DNA of 64,000 nucleotides from Candidatus Hydrogenedentota bacterium (GTDB taxonomy: Bacteria; Hydrogenedentota; Hydrogenedentia; Hydrogenedentales; SLHB01): the NCBI GenBank assembly GCA_963674865.2, contig CAXXYE010000009.1, positions 96,001 to 160,000 of the forward strand, in the 5' to 3' direction. Positions 1 through 10,486 of this stretch are shown here, in pieces. The stretch's first letter is position 1. Each line of letters starts with the position of its first letter. A model generated the notes under the pieces. It saw only the letters and a program-made list of their open reading frames with translations, did no database searches and was not told the origin of the DNA. The position numbers were made by a program, and so were the translations under genes.

Positions 1-78
1 AGCCGAATCGACAAGATCCGGCTCGACGTTTCCCCCCAGGTCACTCCGGCCGAGGGTGGCTCGGGCCAGACAGAATAA
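1..78 (+). CDS. 3' end of a gene entering from the left edge (possibly CorC/HlyC-type transporter-associated domain)
   Basis: Frame 1 open to TAA at 76-78 (SRIDKIRLDVSPQ...); RIDKIRL resembles CorC_HlyC C-termini; only 25 codons visible. Confidence 0.3.
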   Translation, partial: SRIDKIRLDVSPQVTPAEGGSGQTE

Positions 79-86
79 GGACTGAA

Positions 87-827
87 ATGACAAGGAGAAG
101 AGGCTTTCTTGGATTTCTGAGCCAGGTTTGGGCTCCCGTATGGCGCTATTTTGTCACAGGCCTCCTCGTGTGGGTGCCGCTTATTATCACCATCTGGGTG
201 TCGTGGGTTGTCATCAAGAACCTGGGCATCGGACTCGATAAGGCGTTCAAGACCGTCTTCGAAGCCATCCAGGCCTTTTGCGAACGAGTCGACTGGCTCA
301 GTATCGCCGCACCCCTCTTTGAGACCTATCCGGGGATGGGCTTCATGACGGCCATCGCCCTATTCCTCGGCACCGGGATCTTGGCCCGATACCTCATTGG
401 ACGCAGGATCATCGCCTTTGGCGAGCGTATCCTGGACCGCATCCCCCTGATCAGCAGAGTCTACCGCGCCGTCCAGCAAATCCGCGACGTCTTCGTGTCC
501 CGCGAAGGCACCGTATTCCAATACACGTGCCTCATCGAATACCCTCGCGAGGGCATGATCGCCCTCGCCTTCGTCACATCGGCCGAGCAGGGGATCGTCC
601 AGAAGACAACCGGTAGGAAACTCGTGGCCGTGTTTGTGCCCACTACGCCGAATCCGACTTCCGGGTACCTCGTGTACCTGCCGCCCGAAGACATCACCAT
701 CCTCGATGTCAGCGTCGAGGAAGCTATGAAACTTATCGTGTCCGGCGGCGCCTACCTACCCTCGAAGCACGCCATCGGCGTAAAGGCGCGCTCCGAAGAA
801 TCCACGGCGGACGACGAGCCCGCGTAG
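87..827 (+). CDS. DUF502 family membrane protein
   Basis: TM segments, RIPLISRVY, IEYPR and VFVPTTPNPTSGYL motifs typical of DUF502. Confidence 0.9.
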   Translation: MTRRRGFLGFLSQVWAPVWRYFVTGLLVWVPLIITIWVSWVVIKNLGIGLDKAFKTVFEAIQAFCERVDWLSIAAPLFETYPGMGFMTAIALFLGTGILARYLIGRRIIAFGERILDRIPLISRVYRAVQQIRDVFVSREGTVFQYTCLIEYPREGMIALAFVTSAEQGIVQKTTGRKLVAVFVPTTPNPTSGYLVYLPPEDITILDVSVEEAMKLIVSGGAYLPSKHAIGVKARSEESTADDEPA

Positions 828-852
828 CGCACACAACCACGCGGCAAGGGCG

Positions 853-1635
853 CTAGCGGATCCACGTCAGTGGCGTCAGGCAGTCGTCATCGCTATCGCT
901 GCCGTGCTTTCCGTGCACGGAGCCATCCTCCTCGATGACCTCGTGCTGCCCGTGGTCCGCCAAGACCAACACCCCGTAGCCTGATGCCAGCAGCCCCGGC
1001 ACGCGCCGCGATAACCAGGCGTCCCCCGCGGCCACGGCGTCCCCCGCTTCATCCGAAAACAGCCCGTGGGCGTGGAAGACGTCGTCCGTGTGCAGATACT
1101 GGGCGATTAGGAAGTGCGGGCGATGCCTCGCCAACACGCTGACAAAGATGCGCTCAAGCTGTTCCTCATCTTCCGCAAGCCCCGCGGCCGACACGTCGGC
1201 ATAACGGCCGAGGAGTTCATTGCCCGTCTTGCCCTTGCGCCCGAGCCCAGCGCTGCGCCTTCCCCGTTTGCGCAACACATCAAACAGCGTTTCACACGCG
1301 AAGTCATCCTCCCGTTTGCGGACGCCGTGTCCCTCGGGGCCCGCTCCCGTAACCATGCAGCCGAAGTTGACAGGCGTCTTGCTGGGAAGGACCGAACGCA
1401 ACAAGGCCAGACGCCGCTCTGCCAAGGCCGAGAAAAACGGCATCCGCTCCCGCCAATGCCGCCAGATAGCAACACCCAAAGCGTCCACGCCCAATACCGC
1501 AACGTGCTCGACCCCCGCCAACTCATTCACAGCCGGCGCGATCGACGGCGCTTCGGCCGCCGCCGGGGCCGGCACATCAAGAAGGGCCGCCACGGTTGGG
1601 GCCACCGCCTGCATCGGATACTCAATGAACGACAT
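853..1635 (-). CDS. Alkaline phosphatase superfamily / nucleotide pyrophosphatase-like metalloenzyme
   Basis: DALG, PSKT nucleophile region, DDVFH and ADHG metal-binding motifs. Confidence 0.75.
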   Translation of the reverse strand: MSFIEYPMQAVAPTVAALLDVPAPAAAEAPSIAPAVNELAGVEHVAVLGVDALGVAIWRHWRERMPFFSALAERRLALLRSVLPSKTPVNFGCMVTGAGPEGHGVRKREDDFACETLFDVLRKRGRRSAGLGRKGKTGNELLGRYADVSAAGLAEDEEQLERIFVSVLARHRPHFLIAQYLHTDDVFHAHGLFSDEAGDAVAAGDAWLSRRVPGLLASGYGVLVLADHGQHEVIEEDGSVHGKHGSDSDDDCLTPLTWIR

Positions 1636-1730
1636 GGAACCTCCTCATTCGCCTCGCGTATGATCTCTGCGTAGTCTAGATGGCCGTAGCCAAGCGCCTC
1701 AACCCAGCGCACACAAGAGAGACTTTCTCC

Positions 1731-2888
1731 GTGAACCTCACCAAATTGGCCTTCGCGGCGATTGCGCTCTTCGCCGTGCTGATTGCACTCCACGCAGCCT
1801 ATCTCCACGGCGCGAAATCCGCCGACGCCCCAACAAAGGCGGGGGATCCCACAAGCGAGACAGCGCACTCCGCCGCGGAAGCCGGCTCCGCCGAAGCCAC
1901 TGAGGAGGCAGCCGGCCCTGCCGAAGACTTCCCAGTGGAAAGCCTAATCGAGGCCATGATGGCGCGCGCCGGACGGCGTTCCGACGACGACTTGGACGAT
2001 GTCGACGCCGGGCGTCCCGGCGGGAAGGGCAAGAGAAACGCCTCCTCGGCACGGGCGCGCAAAGAGCAGGAAGACGGCCAGACTTCCGACGCCGACCCCG
2101 CCGAGGAAGAGCAGCCTCGCAAAGGGGATCGAGCACTCGCAAAGGCTCAGGAGCTAATCGAGTTGGGCGATTACGAGGCCGCCCGCAACCTGCTCGAGAA
2201 CACCCTCGAGAATAATCCCAACAACGACAAGGCCTATCGGACACTGGCCAAGCTATACCGCACGCTTGGCATGACCGAGGAGGAGCTCGACACCTACGCC
2301 CGGTGGCTGGAAGCATCCCCGGACAACCCCGTTCCCCACTTCTACATGGCCTCGGCCCTCACGCATAGCGGGGCCGACGACCAAGCCCTTGCCGAACTCA
2401 GCACCTTCATGCAATTGAGCGGCGGCGATCTCACCGCCTATCCAATGGCCGCCTCCTTGTACAGACGCCTCGGGATGGGCGAACAAGAAGGCGCCATGCT
2501 CGAAACGTGGGCCGCCGCCGCCCCGGACTCCGTGGACGCGCGTCGCGCACTCGCCACCTACTATCAGCGAACCGGCCACTCGGCCGCGGCCCTCGTCGAA
2601 TACCAGGCCGTTATCGACCTCGCCCCCGAGAGTTTCTCCGCGCAGATCGGCCTCGCCAATGTGCTCCAATCGCTCGGGCGCTACGACGAGGCCGAGAGCC
2701 ACCTCATCACCGCCATGAACCTGCGGCCCGGCGACCTCAACGTCCGTCTCCAGCTTGGCGACACCTATCGGCGCGCCGGTGATGTTGCGGCCGCTATCGA
2801 GACCTACCAAGCCATCATTGACGACCAGCCCGGTTCACAACAAGCGCGGCGGGCCGCCCGCGCCATCAATCGCTTGGAACGTCAATAG
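1731..2888 (+). CDS. Membrane-anchored tetratricopeptide repeat protein
   Basis: N-terminal TM helix, acidic low-complexity linker, multiple TPR repeats; GTG 1731 preferred over ATG 1680 (start uncertain). Confidence 0.8.
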   Translation: MNLTKLAFAAIALFAVLIALHAAYLHGAKSADAPTKAGDPTSETAHSAAEAGSAEATEEAAGPAEDFPVESLIEAMMARAGRRSDDDLDDVDAGRPGGKGKRNASSARARKEQEDGQTSDADPAEEEQPRKGDRALAKAQELIELGDYEAARNLLENTLENNPNNDKAYRTLAKLYRTLGMTEEELDTYARWLEASPDNPVPHFYMASALTHSGADDQALAELSTFMQLSGGDLTAYPMAASLYRRLGMGEQEGAMLETWAAAAPDSVDARRALATYYQRTGHSAAALVEYQAVIDLAPESFSAQIGLANVLQSLGRYDEAESHLITAMNLRPGDLNVRLQLGDTYRRAGDVAAAIETYQAIIDDQPGSQQARRAARAINRLERQ

Positions 2889-2988
2889 CCCGCGCCTCCC
2901 AGCAACGGCCCAGCATGATCTTGGGACTTTCCTGCGGCGCAATCGTGTTCACGCTAGGAAAGGGACTGCGTAAACGGGAGAGATTGTC

Positions 2989-3402
2989 GTGAACATCTCC
3001 TCACGTTGTGAGTATGCCTGCCGGGCCATTCTCGAGCTGGCGGCCAAGCACGGAAGCAATGGGCCTATCACCGCCACAGACATTGCCGCGGAACGCGACA
3101 TCCCGGAGAAGTACCTCGTACACATTCTCCTTCAGTTGAAGCGGGCCGGCATCGTGCGCAGCATCCGAGGTCCCCAGGGCGGCTACCTGCTGACCAGGCC
3201 CCCTGAAGCCATCACTGCGGCCGATATTGTCCAGGCCATCGACGGCCCCGTGCTCGACCCGCTCCCTGTGGCCGACCGCGAGGCCCTGCGCCTCGCCCCC
3301 GTGTGGCGCCGGCTCGGGCGCCGGATTCAGGAAGTCCTCGAGCAAGTCACCGTTCGCGACATGCTTCAGCAGGCCACGCCCACCGAGATGTACTACATCT
3401 GA
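2989..3402 (+). CDS. Rrf2 family transcriptional regulator (CymR-like, lacks the IscR Fe-S Cys triad)
   Basis: IPEKYLVHILLQLKRAGIVRSIRGPQGGY wHTH; C-terminal MYYI. Confidence 0.9.
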   Translation: MNISSRCEYACRAILELAAKHGSNGPITATDIAAERDIPEKYLVHILLQLKRAGIVRSIRGPQGGYLLTRPPEAITAADIVQAIDGPVLDPLPVADREALRLAPVWRRLGRRIQEVLEQVTVRDMLQQATPTEMYYI

Positions 3403-3417
3403 TCTTCCGGGAGGCGC

Positions 3418-3834
3418 CTACTCCCCGATGATCTTCACGAGCACCCGCTTCTTTCGCCGGCCATCCAGCTCGTAATAGAAGATCTGCTCCCACGGGCCGA
3501 AATCCAACTGCCCCTCGGTTATGGCCACGATGACTTCCCGCCCCATGATGGTTCGCTTGAGATGGGCATCGGCATTGTCTTCGTAGCCGTTGTGGGCATA
3601 CTGATCATACGGCTTCTCCGGCGCCAGCCCTTCCAGCCAGCGCTCGAAATCCGCGTGCAGGCCTGACTCGTTGTCATTGATGAACACGCTCGCCGTGATG
3701 TGCATAGCATTGCACAGCAGCAAGCCCTCCTTGATGCCGCTCTCCCCCAGACATGCCTCGATCTGCGGCGTAATATGGATGATCTGCCGCCGTTGCGGCG
3801 CATTGAACCATAGTTCCTTCCGGTAGCTTTTCAT
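3418..3834 (-). CDS. yjbQ: YjbQ / UPF0047 secondary thiamine-phosphate synthase family protein
   Basis: [17 protein letters not shown] and [13 protein letters not shown] motifs; true start ATG 3834 ([10 protein letters not shown]). Confidence 0.9.
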   Translation of the reverse strand: MKSYRKELWFNAPQRRQIIHITPQIEACLGESGIKEGLLLCNAMHITASVFINDNESGLHADFERWLEGLAPEKPYDQYAHNGYEDNADAHLKRTIMGREVIVAITEGQLDFGPWEQIFYYELDGRRKKRVLVKIIGE

Positions 3835-4146
3835 TTCGCTCCTGTCTCCTCGCAGCCTGGCTCGGCAGCGCGTTGCATTCCGCCCAAGTACGATGCCCAT
3901 TCTACCGAGCAGTGAGCATACGCGCACGAAAAGGAAGAGCACTAAAGGGCCGGGGGGCCAAGATGTTGATCCGGGCAATCTGCGGCTCGCGTGGAGCGCA
4001 TTTCTGTGGTACACTAAGCAACTTGCCGGCGGGTGCGGATGTGGCGAAGCAGCATCCGGCCGCCTGCTGTCTAGGGCTTTGCTCGCCGCGTAAGTTATTC
4101 CCTGTTAAGTATTTAGCCCGTAGCTAGATGGCGAAAGTGAACGACC

Positions 4147-4617
4147 TTGGAAGAGATCCGAAAGCCTCGATTGACGGAGATCGCCGACGTTAAGCGGCTC
4201 ATCGATGTAGCGTCCAAGAACGGCGCCATGCTCCCGCGACCCGTCATGGAACTCTACGAGAATGCGCGGGATTTTCATGTCTATGTGGATGAGGACGGCA
4301 TCGGCGGCTGCTGCGCACTACACATCGACACCGCCGAGCTAGCTGAGATCCGCTCATTGGCCGTGCGCGAGGATTTGCGCAAACAGGGCCTCGGCGCCAC
4401 GCTCTTATCTGCGTGTCTGGATGAGGCACGGAAGCTCGAAATTGGCCGGGTCTACGCCCTCACCCGCGTGCCCGGATTCTTCATCAAGAACGGCTTTGGG
4501 GAAATCGACAAACACGAGCTGCCTCACAAGGTCTTTAACGACTGCATTCGCTGTCCCCTATTCCCGGACTGCGACGAGGTAGCCGTCGTTCGCGATTTGG
4601 ACAACGCGCCGGAATAA
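4147..4617 (+). CDS. GNAT N-acetyltransferase, short ArgA-like amino-acid acetyltransferase
   Basis: LAEIRSLAV, QGLGATL acetyl-CoA motif, LPHKVFNDCIRCPLFPDCDE tail. Confidence 0.85.
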   Translation: MEEIRKPRLTEIADVKRLIDVASKNGAMLPRPVMELYENARDFHVYVDEDGIGGCCALHIDTAELAEIRSLAVREDLRKQGLGATLLSACLDEARKLEIGRVYALTRVPGFFIKNGFGEIDKHELPHKVFNDCIRCPLFPDCDEVAVVRDLDNAPE

Positions 4618-4650
4618 CCGGCTCGGCTTGAGCGGAGGATAGACAAGACT

Positions 4651-5460
4651 ATGAGCATGCGAGGTACAGTCGGATTTCTCGGATACGGCAACATGGGCAG
4701 CGCCATTCTCAAAGGACTGCTCGAAACGGGCACGGTGGCGCCGGCAAGCGCCGCCGTTTTCGACGTGGACACTGCGAAGTGCGAGCAAGCGAAGCGCTTG
4801 GGCGCTGCTGTTGCGGCCTCGCCTTCCGCATTGGCCGCATCGAGCGACGTGTTGGTCTTGGCCGTAAAACCTCAAATGATGGATGAGGCCTTGGGGCAGG
4901 CCCGTGAAGGGATTTCGCCAAAGACTCTCGTCGTCTCCATTGCCGCGGGCATATCCATCGCCTATCTACAGGAGCGGCTCGGAACCAACTGCCGCATCGT
5001 ACGCGTCATGCCGAATACGCCGGCTCTCGTCGGCGCGGGGGCGGCGGGCATCGCACTGAGTCCCAACTGCGCCCCTGACGACGGCGAAGTCGTGCGAACC
5101 ATCTTCGAAGCAGTCGGCATCGCCGTCATGGTGCCCGAGACAGCCTTGGACACAGTCACGGCGTTGAGCGGGAGCGGCCCGGCCTATTTCTTCTACGTCG
5201 TGGAATGCCTGGTGAAAGCGGCCGTGGCGCAGGGTCTTGACGAAGAGCAGGCCACCCGCTTGGCCGGCCAGACCCTCCTGGGCTCGGGGCGTTTGCTCGC
5301 CGAGTCCGGCGAGCCGGCCGGTGTCCTTCGGGAACGGGTCACCTCCAAAGGCGGCACCACCGAAGCCGCGCTCAAACGCTTTCGAGAGGACGGGCTGGAG
5401 CAGGTGCTCAAGGCGGGCGTCGACGCCGCCGCTGCGCGCTCCAAAGAACTCGGCAAGTGA
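4651..5460 (+). CDS. proC: Pyrroline-5-carboxylate reductase
   Basis: GYGNMG, LAVKPQ, RVMPNTP, ALSGSGPAY, VTSKGGTT. Confidence 0.97.
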   Translation: MSMRGTVGFLGYGNMGSAILKGLLETGTVAPASAAVFDVDTAKCEQAKRLGAAVAASPSALAASSDVLVLAVKPQMMDEALGQAREGISPKTLVVSIAAGISIAYLQERLGTNCRIVRVMPNTPALVGAGAAGIALSPNCAPDDGEVVRTIFEAVGIAVMVPETALDTVTALSGSGPAYFFYVVECLVKAAVAQGLDEEQATRLAGQTLLGSGRLLAESGEPAGVLRERVTSKGGTTEAALKRFREDGLEQVLKAGVDAAAARSKELGK

Positions 5461-5624
5461 ATAACTTCTTGGCTCGGTTCGTCTGGGGATGCGGACAGAA
5501 GGCCACCGAATGACGAGGACTGAGGGCTCTGGACATTGAGACGAAACGACTTACAAATGCTTTCTGGGCGCATCCCACCAGAAACCACACTTTCCGGCCA
5601 GACTTCTAGCCCGGAGCATAGCGG

Positions 5625-6212
5625 ATGCGCAAGAACAAAGTAGTACAAGAGATGTTCGGCGAAGAAGTCGCGCTGACGCCGAGCGATATCTGCAATAGGG
5701 AGTTCCGGCGCGCGGTCGTCCGGGGATACGCACCAGGCGATGTGGACCGCTTCCTCGAGCAGGTGGCGGACACGCTCGAGTCCCTAGTGAATCACGTCCG
5801 GGCCTTGCGGGAACGCGTCGAGGAGCAGAAGGGCCAAATCGAAGAGTACCGTCAGATGGAGGCCACCCTCCGCTCGGCGCTGGTTTCTTCCCAGAAGTTT
5901 GGGGAGGATGTCGTCGAATCCGCGCGGAGGCAGGCCGACGCGCTGCTCGAAGAGGCGCGGCTCAAAGGGGTCGAGGCCCTCCATCAAGCAGAGAAAATCC
6001 CCGAACAACTCAAGCAGGATATCGGCAGACTCGAGCAGCAGCGCGATCAGCTTCGACAGGAGTTGCTGGAAGTGCTCGATTTCCATAAGAGCCTGATCGA
6101 ACAGCGCCTCCCGGCCTGGGACAAGCCTTCTTCCCCGAAGGAGACCTCCGGGGCGGCGGAGCCGTCGCCGGTTCCGCACGATAACGGCCTCGATGACGAG
6201 GGCACAGGCTGA
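5625..6212 (+). CDS. DivIVA domain coiled-coil protein
   Basis: LTPSDICNREFRRAVVRGYAPGDVDRFL DivIVA N-terminal motif followed by coiled coil. Confidence 0.88.
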   Translation: MRKNKVVQEMFGEEVALTPSDICNREFRRAVVRGYAPGDVDRFLEQVADTLESLVNHVRALRERVEEQKGQIEEYRQMEATLRSALVSSQKFGEDVVESARRQADALLEEARLKGVEALHQAEKIPEQLKQDIGRLEQQRDQLRQELLEVLDFHKSLIEQRLPAWDKPSSPKETSGAAEPSPVPHDNGLDDEGTG

Positions 6213-6955
6213 TGATCGGGGCGCTGATCCTCTTGTCGAGCGTTGCCGCGGCCGATACGTCTATCGAAGAATTCTTCACCGCCTTCAAGGAGAAGCGGGA
6301 CGCGATTCAGTTTCTTGAGGCCAGCTTCGTACAGGAAACAATCTCGCCTGAGGAGCACCGGCGCATCCAGGGAATGCTCGCATATGTCAAACCGCGCCGC
6401 ATTCTCTATCGATACTATGGCGATCCAGAGGTGGCTTATGTCGTCGACGATGACCGCTACTACGAGTACCTGTCGGACCTCAAGCAGGTCGAGATCTTCA
6501 ATGTGAAGGACCGGCCTGAAACCGAGGTGCTGCTGCTCGGTTTCGACAACGACACGCAGCGCCTCCGCAAGGACTACGATATCGCCTTCATCGATGCCGC
6601 CGATCCCAAGCAGGGCAAGACCGCCATCGAACTCCGGCCCAAGGCCGGCGCCGAGGATGCGCCTGCCTTCGAGTGGATTCGGATTAACCTCCGCGATGTT
6701 GACCTCCTGCCCTACCGAATCGAAGTAAAGAACGATCCGGAAACGCGCATGGTGTTTCAGGTGAGCCGAATCATCACCAACGATCCCGCCTCTGCCGACA
6801 AGGCGCGATTTCTCGCGCCGGAGGGGACCACGATCATTTACGCCGACGAGTCCGTGGAAACCCTCGGCCCCGGCGGCAAGTACCTGCCGCCTCCAATGAA
6901 GCCCCCCGCCCCACTCAGCACCCCGGAGGCGCTTTCGGAACCGGCCACACCGTGA
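6212..6955 (+). CDS. LolA-like outer-membrane lipoprotein carrier protein
   Basis: Signal peptide; LEASFVQE...GMLAYVKPRRILYRY pattern of LolA fold. Confidence 0.7.
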   Translation: MIGALILLSSVAAADTSIEEFFTAFKEKRDAIQFLEASFVQETISPEEHRRIQGMLAYVKPRRILYRYYGDPEVAYVVDDDRYYEYLSDLKQVEIFNVKDRPETEVLLLGFDNDTQRLRKDYDIAFIDAADPKQGKTAIELRPKAGAEDAPAFEWIRINLRDVDLLPYRIEVKNDPETRMVFQVSRIITNDPASADKARFLAPEGTTIIYADESVETLGPGGKYLPPPMKPPAPLSTPEALSEPATP

Positions 6956-7563
6956 GTAGTGCCCATCGCATCATTCTCGCTTCGGCATCCCCTCGCCGCA
7001 AGGCCCTCCTCGAAGCCTTGGGCCTGCGCATTGAAGTCGTCACGAGCGATGCGCCCGAGCAACTGGAGGGACCTCCCGCGGAAGTGGTCGTCGGAAACGC
7101 AGAGGCAAAGCGCGATGCCGTCTCCCCGGACTTCGACAACGCGCTCGTCATCGCGGCGGACACGCTGGTGTTTGTCGATGAACACGTCCTCGGCAAGCCA
7201 CGCGACGCGGCCGAGGCGCGCGCCATGCTCGCGCGTCTATCGGGAAGGACGCACCGCGTCCTCACCGGCCTCGCCGTGGCCGACACTTCAACGCATCGGA
7301 GCACGACGGGATATGAATCAACCGAGGTGACTTTCCGTCCGCTGACGCACGGCGAGATTGATCGCTTCGTCGAGGCAGTCCAGCCCACAGATCGCGCCGG
7401 CGCCTACACCGTGGACGGGCCGGGCAGCCTGTTGGTGGAGCGGTACAACGGCTGCTACTACAACGTCCTGGGCCTGCCCATTGTCAGGCTGGACCTCGTG
7501 CTGCGCGAGATCGGCCACTCCCTATTCGATCACTTCGACGAGGATCGCGCGATCTTCCTCTAA
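6952..7563 (+). CDS. maf: Maf family nucleoside triphosphate pyrophosphatase
   Basis: ILASASPRRKALL, AADTLV, LGKP, AGAY, NVLGLP. Confidence 0.95.
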   Translation: MSSAHRIILASASPRRKALLEALGLRIEVVTSDAPEQLEGPPAEVVVGNAEAKRDAVSPDFDNALVIAADTLVFVDEHVLGKPRDAAEARAMLARLSGRTHRVLTGLAVADTSTHRSTTGYESTEVTFRPLTHGEIDRFVEAVQPTDRAGAYTVDGPGSLLVERYNGCYYNVLGLPIVRLDLVLREIGHSLFDHFDEDRAIFL

Positions 7564-7570
7564 CGGCGGT

Positions 7571-8770
7571 TTACGCCTCGCCAAGAACGTCCGCGATGGC
7601 GGTGCAAAGGCGATCCATGTTGCCTTCCGTCATACCGGCGACGTTGATTCGGCCCGATCCCACAACGTAGATAGCGTACTTCTCGCGCAGGGCCTGTACC
7701 TGCCCGGCATCCAGGCCGGAGAAGGAGAACATGCCCCTCTGGCGGGTGATGAACGAGAAGTCGCGATTAACTCCCTTGGCCTTGAGCGTCTCGACGAAGA
7801 GGTGCCGCATCCCGTTGATGCGATCGCGCATGGCCTTAACCTCGCCCTCCCAATCGGCCCGCAGCTCGGCGTCATTCAGAATGGTAGTAACGACCATGCC
7901 GCCGTGGGCGGGCGGATTAGAATAGTTCGCCCGGATGCACTTCTTCACGTGGCTGAAGGCACGCTCGGCGCCATCTTCCGAGGCGCCCACCACCGTCAAC
8001 GCCCCGACTCGCTCCCGGTACAAGCCGAAGTTCTTCGAGAACGAACTAGACGCCAGCATTTCGCCGCCGCGCGAGGCCAGCGTGCGCAGGCCGCCAGCGT
8101 CCTCATCAAGGCCGTCTCCGAAGCCTTGGTAGGCGAAGTCGACTAGCGGAATCCACTTCCGCTCTTCCATGACGTCCGCGATGGCCGTCCATTGCTCCGG
8201 CGTGGGATCCATCCCCGTTGGATTATGGCAGCAAGCGTGCAAGAGGACAACTTCCCCTTCGGGAACCTGCTTGAGGGCATCAAGCATCGGCTGGAAATCG
8301 AGACACTTGCTCTCGGCATCGTAGTAAGGATACGACGCCGTCTCCAGTCCCGCCGCCTGAAACACCTGTGCATGATTGCCCCACGTAGGATCGCTCAACC
8401 AAATGCGCTTGCTCGAGAACAGCTTGGATATGAAGTCGCCCGCAACACGCAATGCGCCGGTGCCGCCGGGACTCTGTGCCACGCGCGCCCGCCGCGAAGC
8501 CACAACCTCGCTCCCGGCACCGAACAGCAGCGACAGGACCGCCTCGGCATATTCATCCGAGCCCGCCATGCCCAAGTAGCTCTTCGTGGTCTCGTCAGTT
8601 AGGCACCGATGTTCGGCCCGCTTGACACAATGCAAGATCGGCGTCGTCCCATCCGTATCCTTGTAGACACCCACGCCGAGGTTGATCTTGTCGGGATTGG
8701 GATCTTTCTTGAATGCCTCCGTCAAACCGAGAATGCTGTCAGGCGGAGCTGGTGTGACTTGCTCAAACAT
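7571..8770 (-). CDS. aspC: Aspartate / aromatic amino acid aminotransferase (class I, PLP)
   Basis: NLGVGVY, GGTGAL, HACCHNPTG, DFAYQGF, SFSKNFGLYRERVG. Confidence 0.95.
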   Translation of the reverse strand: MFEQVTPAPPDSILGLTEAFKKDPNPDKINLGVGVYKDTDGTTPILHCVKRAEHRCLTDETTKSYLGMAGSDEYAEAVLSLLFGAGSEVVASRRARVAQSPGGTGALRVAGDFISKLFSSKRIWLSDPTWGNHAQVFQAAGLETASYPYYDAESKCLDFQPMLDALKQVPEGEVVLLHACCHNPTGMDPTPEQWTAIADVMEERKWIPLVDFAYQGFGDGLDEDAGGLRTLASRGGEMLASSSFSKNFGLYRERVGALTVVGASEDGAERAFSHVKKCIRANYSNPPAHGGMVVTTILNDAELRADWEGEVKAMRDRINGMRHLFVETLKAKGVNRDFSFITRQRGMFSFSGLDAGQVQALREKYAIYVVGSGRINVAGMTEGNMDRLCTAIADVLGEA

Positions 8771-9047
8771 GGTGAAGTCCTTTCGCGATGCTCAACCGCT
8801 CGTCTTTGCCCAAGGAAGCCCGGCCCGGTCCGCACGGGCCGTTCAGCGCACAATAGTAGCCGATTTCGGCGCCGATGGAAAGTCCGCAAGATCGCGTTTA
8901 GCTTCCGCGCCGCTGGCTCGCCTCGACGATACGATGTACCTCGCGGCCAATGGTGCGATCTCATGTGCTAGACTCGACTGAAGCCCACAGGGGCTCAAGC
9001 TCAAGACACCTGACACGAGGGAACGGGACGAAGAAAGGGTGTTCGCG

Positions 9048-10370
9048 ATGCCGGCGGTTAACCGACGTTCTTTTCTGAAAACGGCGGCCTTGGGCGGCGG
9101 GGCATTGGCGTTCGCGTCGACGTTTTCAGCAGCGGCGACAAAGCACAAGCGGCCGAACATCGTCCTGATCATGGCCGACGACCTTGGCTATGAATGCCTA
9201 GGATGCTACGGAGCAGCCGACTACCAGACGCCGGTGCTGGACGGCCTGGCGCGGACAGGCGTCCGCTTCGAGAACTGCCACGCGCAGCCGCTGTGCACGC
9301 CTTCGCGGGCGCAGATCATGACGGGGCGCTACAACCAGCGGAACTACGAAGGCTTCGGATACCTGAATCCGAGGGAGATCACCTTCGGGAACCTGCTGCA
9401 AGACGCAGGCTACCGCACCTGCATCGCCGGGAAATGGCAGCTCTGCGGCGACGCCGCCACGGTTCGCTGCTTCGGTTTCGAGGAACACTGCCTGTGGAAC
9501 ATGCACGACTACCGTGCAGACGCTCCCAGTGCGCACGAGCCGGAGCCTTGGCGCAGGCGTTACAAGGCGCCGACGCTCTACACAAATGGAAGATGGACTG
9601 AGTATGGCCAGGACGCCTACGGCCCGGATGTGGCGTGCGATTTCCTTCTCGACTTCATGACGCGCCATCACGAGGCGCCGTTCTTCTGCTACTACCCCAT
9701 GATCCTCACCCATTCCCCTTTCGTGCCCACACCGGACAGCGCCGATCCGGCCTGCAAGGACGCAAAGCAGAACTTCGTGGACATGGTTCAGTACATGGAC
9801 AAGTGCGTGGGGAGGATCGTGGCGCATCTGGACAAGCTCGGACTGCGTGACGACACGCTCCTGCTGTTCACCGGCGACAACGGGACACACGTGTCCATTA
9901 CCTCGCAAGTGATCGGCGACAAAGCCGTCACCGGCGGCAAAGGAATGATGACTGACGCGGGCACCCACGTGCCGCTCATCGTGAATGGGCGTGGCGTGGC
10001 CCAGCCGGGCCGCGTCTGCGGCGACCTCGTCGATTTCAGCGACTTCCTGCCCACCATCGCGGGGGCAACGGGGGCGTCCGTGCCGGATGACCGCGTCATC
10101 GACGGCCGCTCATTCCTGCCGCAGTTGCGCGGCGAGAAGGGATATCCCAGGGAGTGGATCTTCTGCCATTACTGGGGCGCCCGCGGAAGAACACCGGAAG
10201 GAACACGCGAATCCGTCCGGGACACGCGCTGGAAACTTTACAACGACGGCTCATTCTACGACCTCGCCGCTGATTTGCTCGAAGAAGCGCCGCTCACCCA
10301 ACTCTCCACCGAACAACAAACCGCCAAACGCCGCCTTAAAGCCGCATTTCGCGAAGTGAGATCGAGGTAG
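9048..10370 (+). CDS. Tat-exported formylglycine-dependent sulfatase
   Basis: NRRSFLK twin-arginine signal, ADDLG, CTPSR FGly motif, GKWQL. Confidence 0.93.
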   Translation: MPAVNRRSFLKTAALGGGALAFASTFSAAATKHKRPNIVLIMADDLGYECLGCYGAADYQTPVLDGLARTGVRFENCHAQPLCTPSRAQIMTGRYNQRNYEGFGYLNPREITFGNLLQDAGYRTCIAGKWQLCGDAATVRCFGFEEHCLWNMHDYRADAPSAHEPEPWRRRYKAPTLYTNGRWTEYGQDAYGPDVACDFLLDFMTRHHEAPFFCYYPMILTHSPFVPTPDSADPACKDAKQNFVDMVQYMDKCVGRIVAHLDKLGLRDDTLLLFTGDNGTHVSITSQVIGDKAVTGGKGMMTDAGTHVPLIVNGRGVAQPGRVCGDLVDFSDFLPTIAGATGASVPDDRVIDGRSFLPQLRGEKGYPREWIFCHYWGARGRTPEGTRESVRDTRWKLYNDGSFYDLAADLLEEAPLTQLSTEQQTAKRRLKAAFREVRSR

Positions 10371-10486
10371 TAACCAGCCTCGGATCGGCGAGAGGGTTAA
10401 CCACAATACTTGCGTCGTAGGGGGCTTTCTGCGCATCATTAGGGGTGATTGAAGACCTGGGCGACTGAAGCATCCTACGAGGAGAC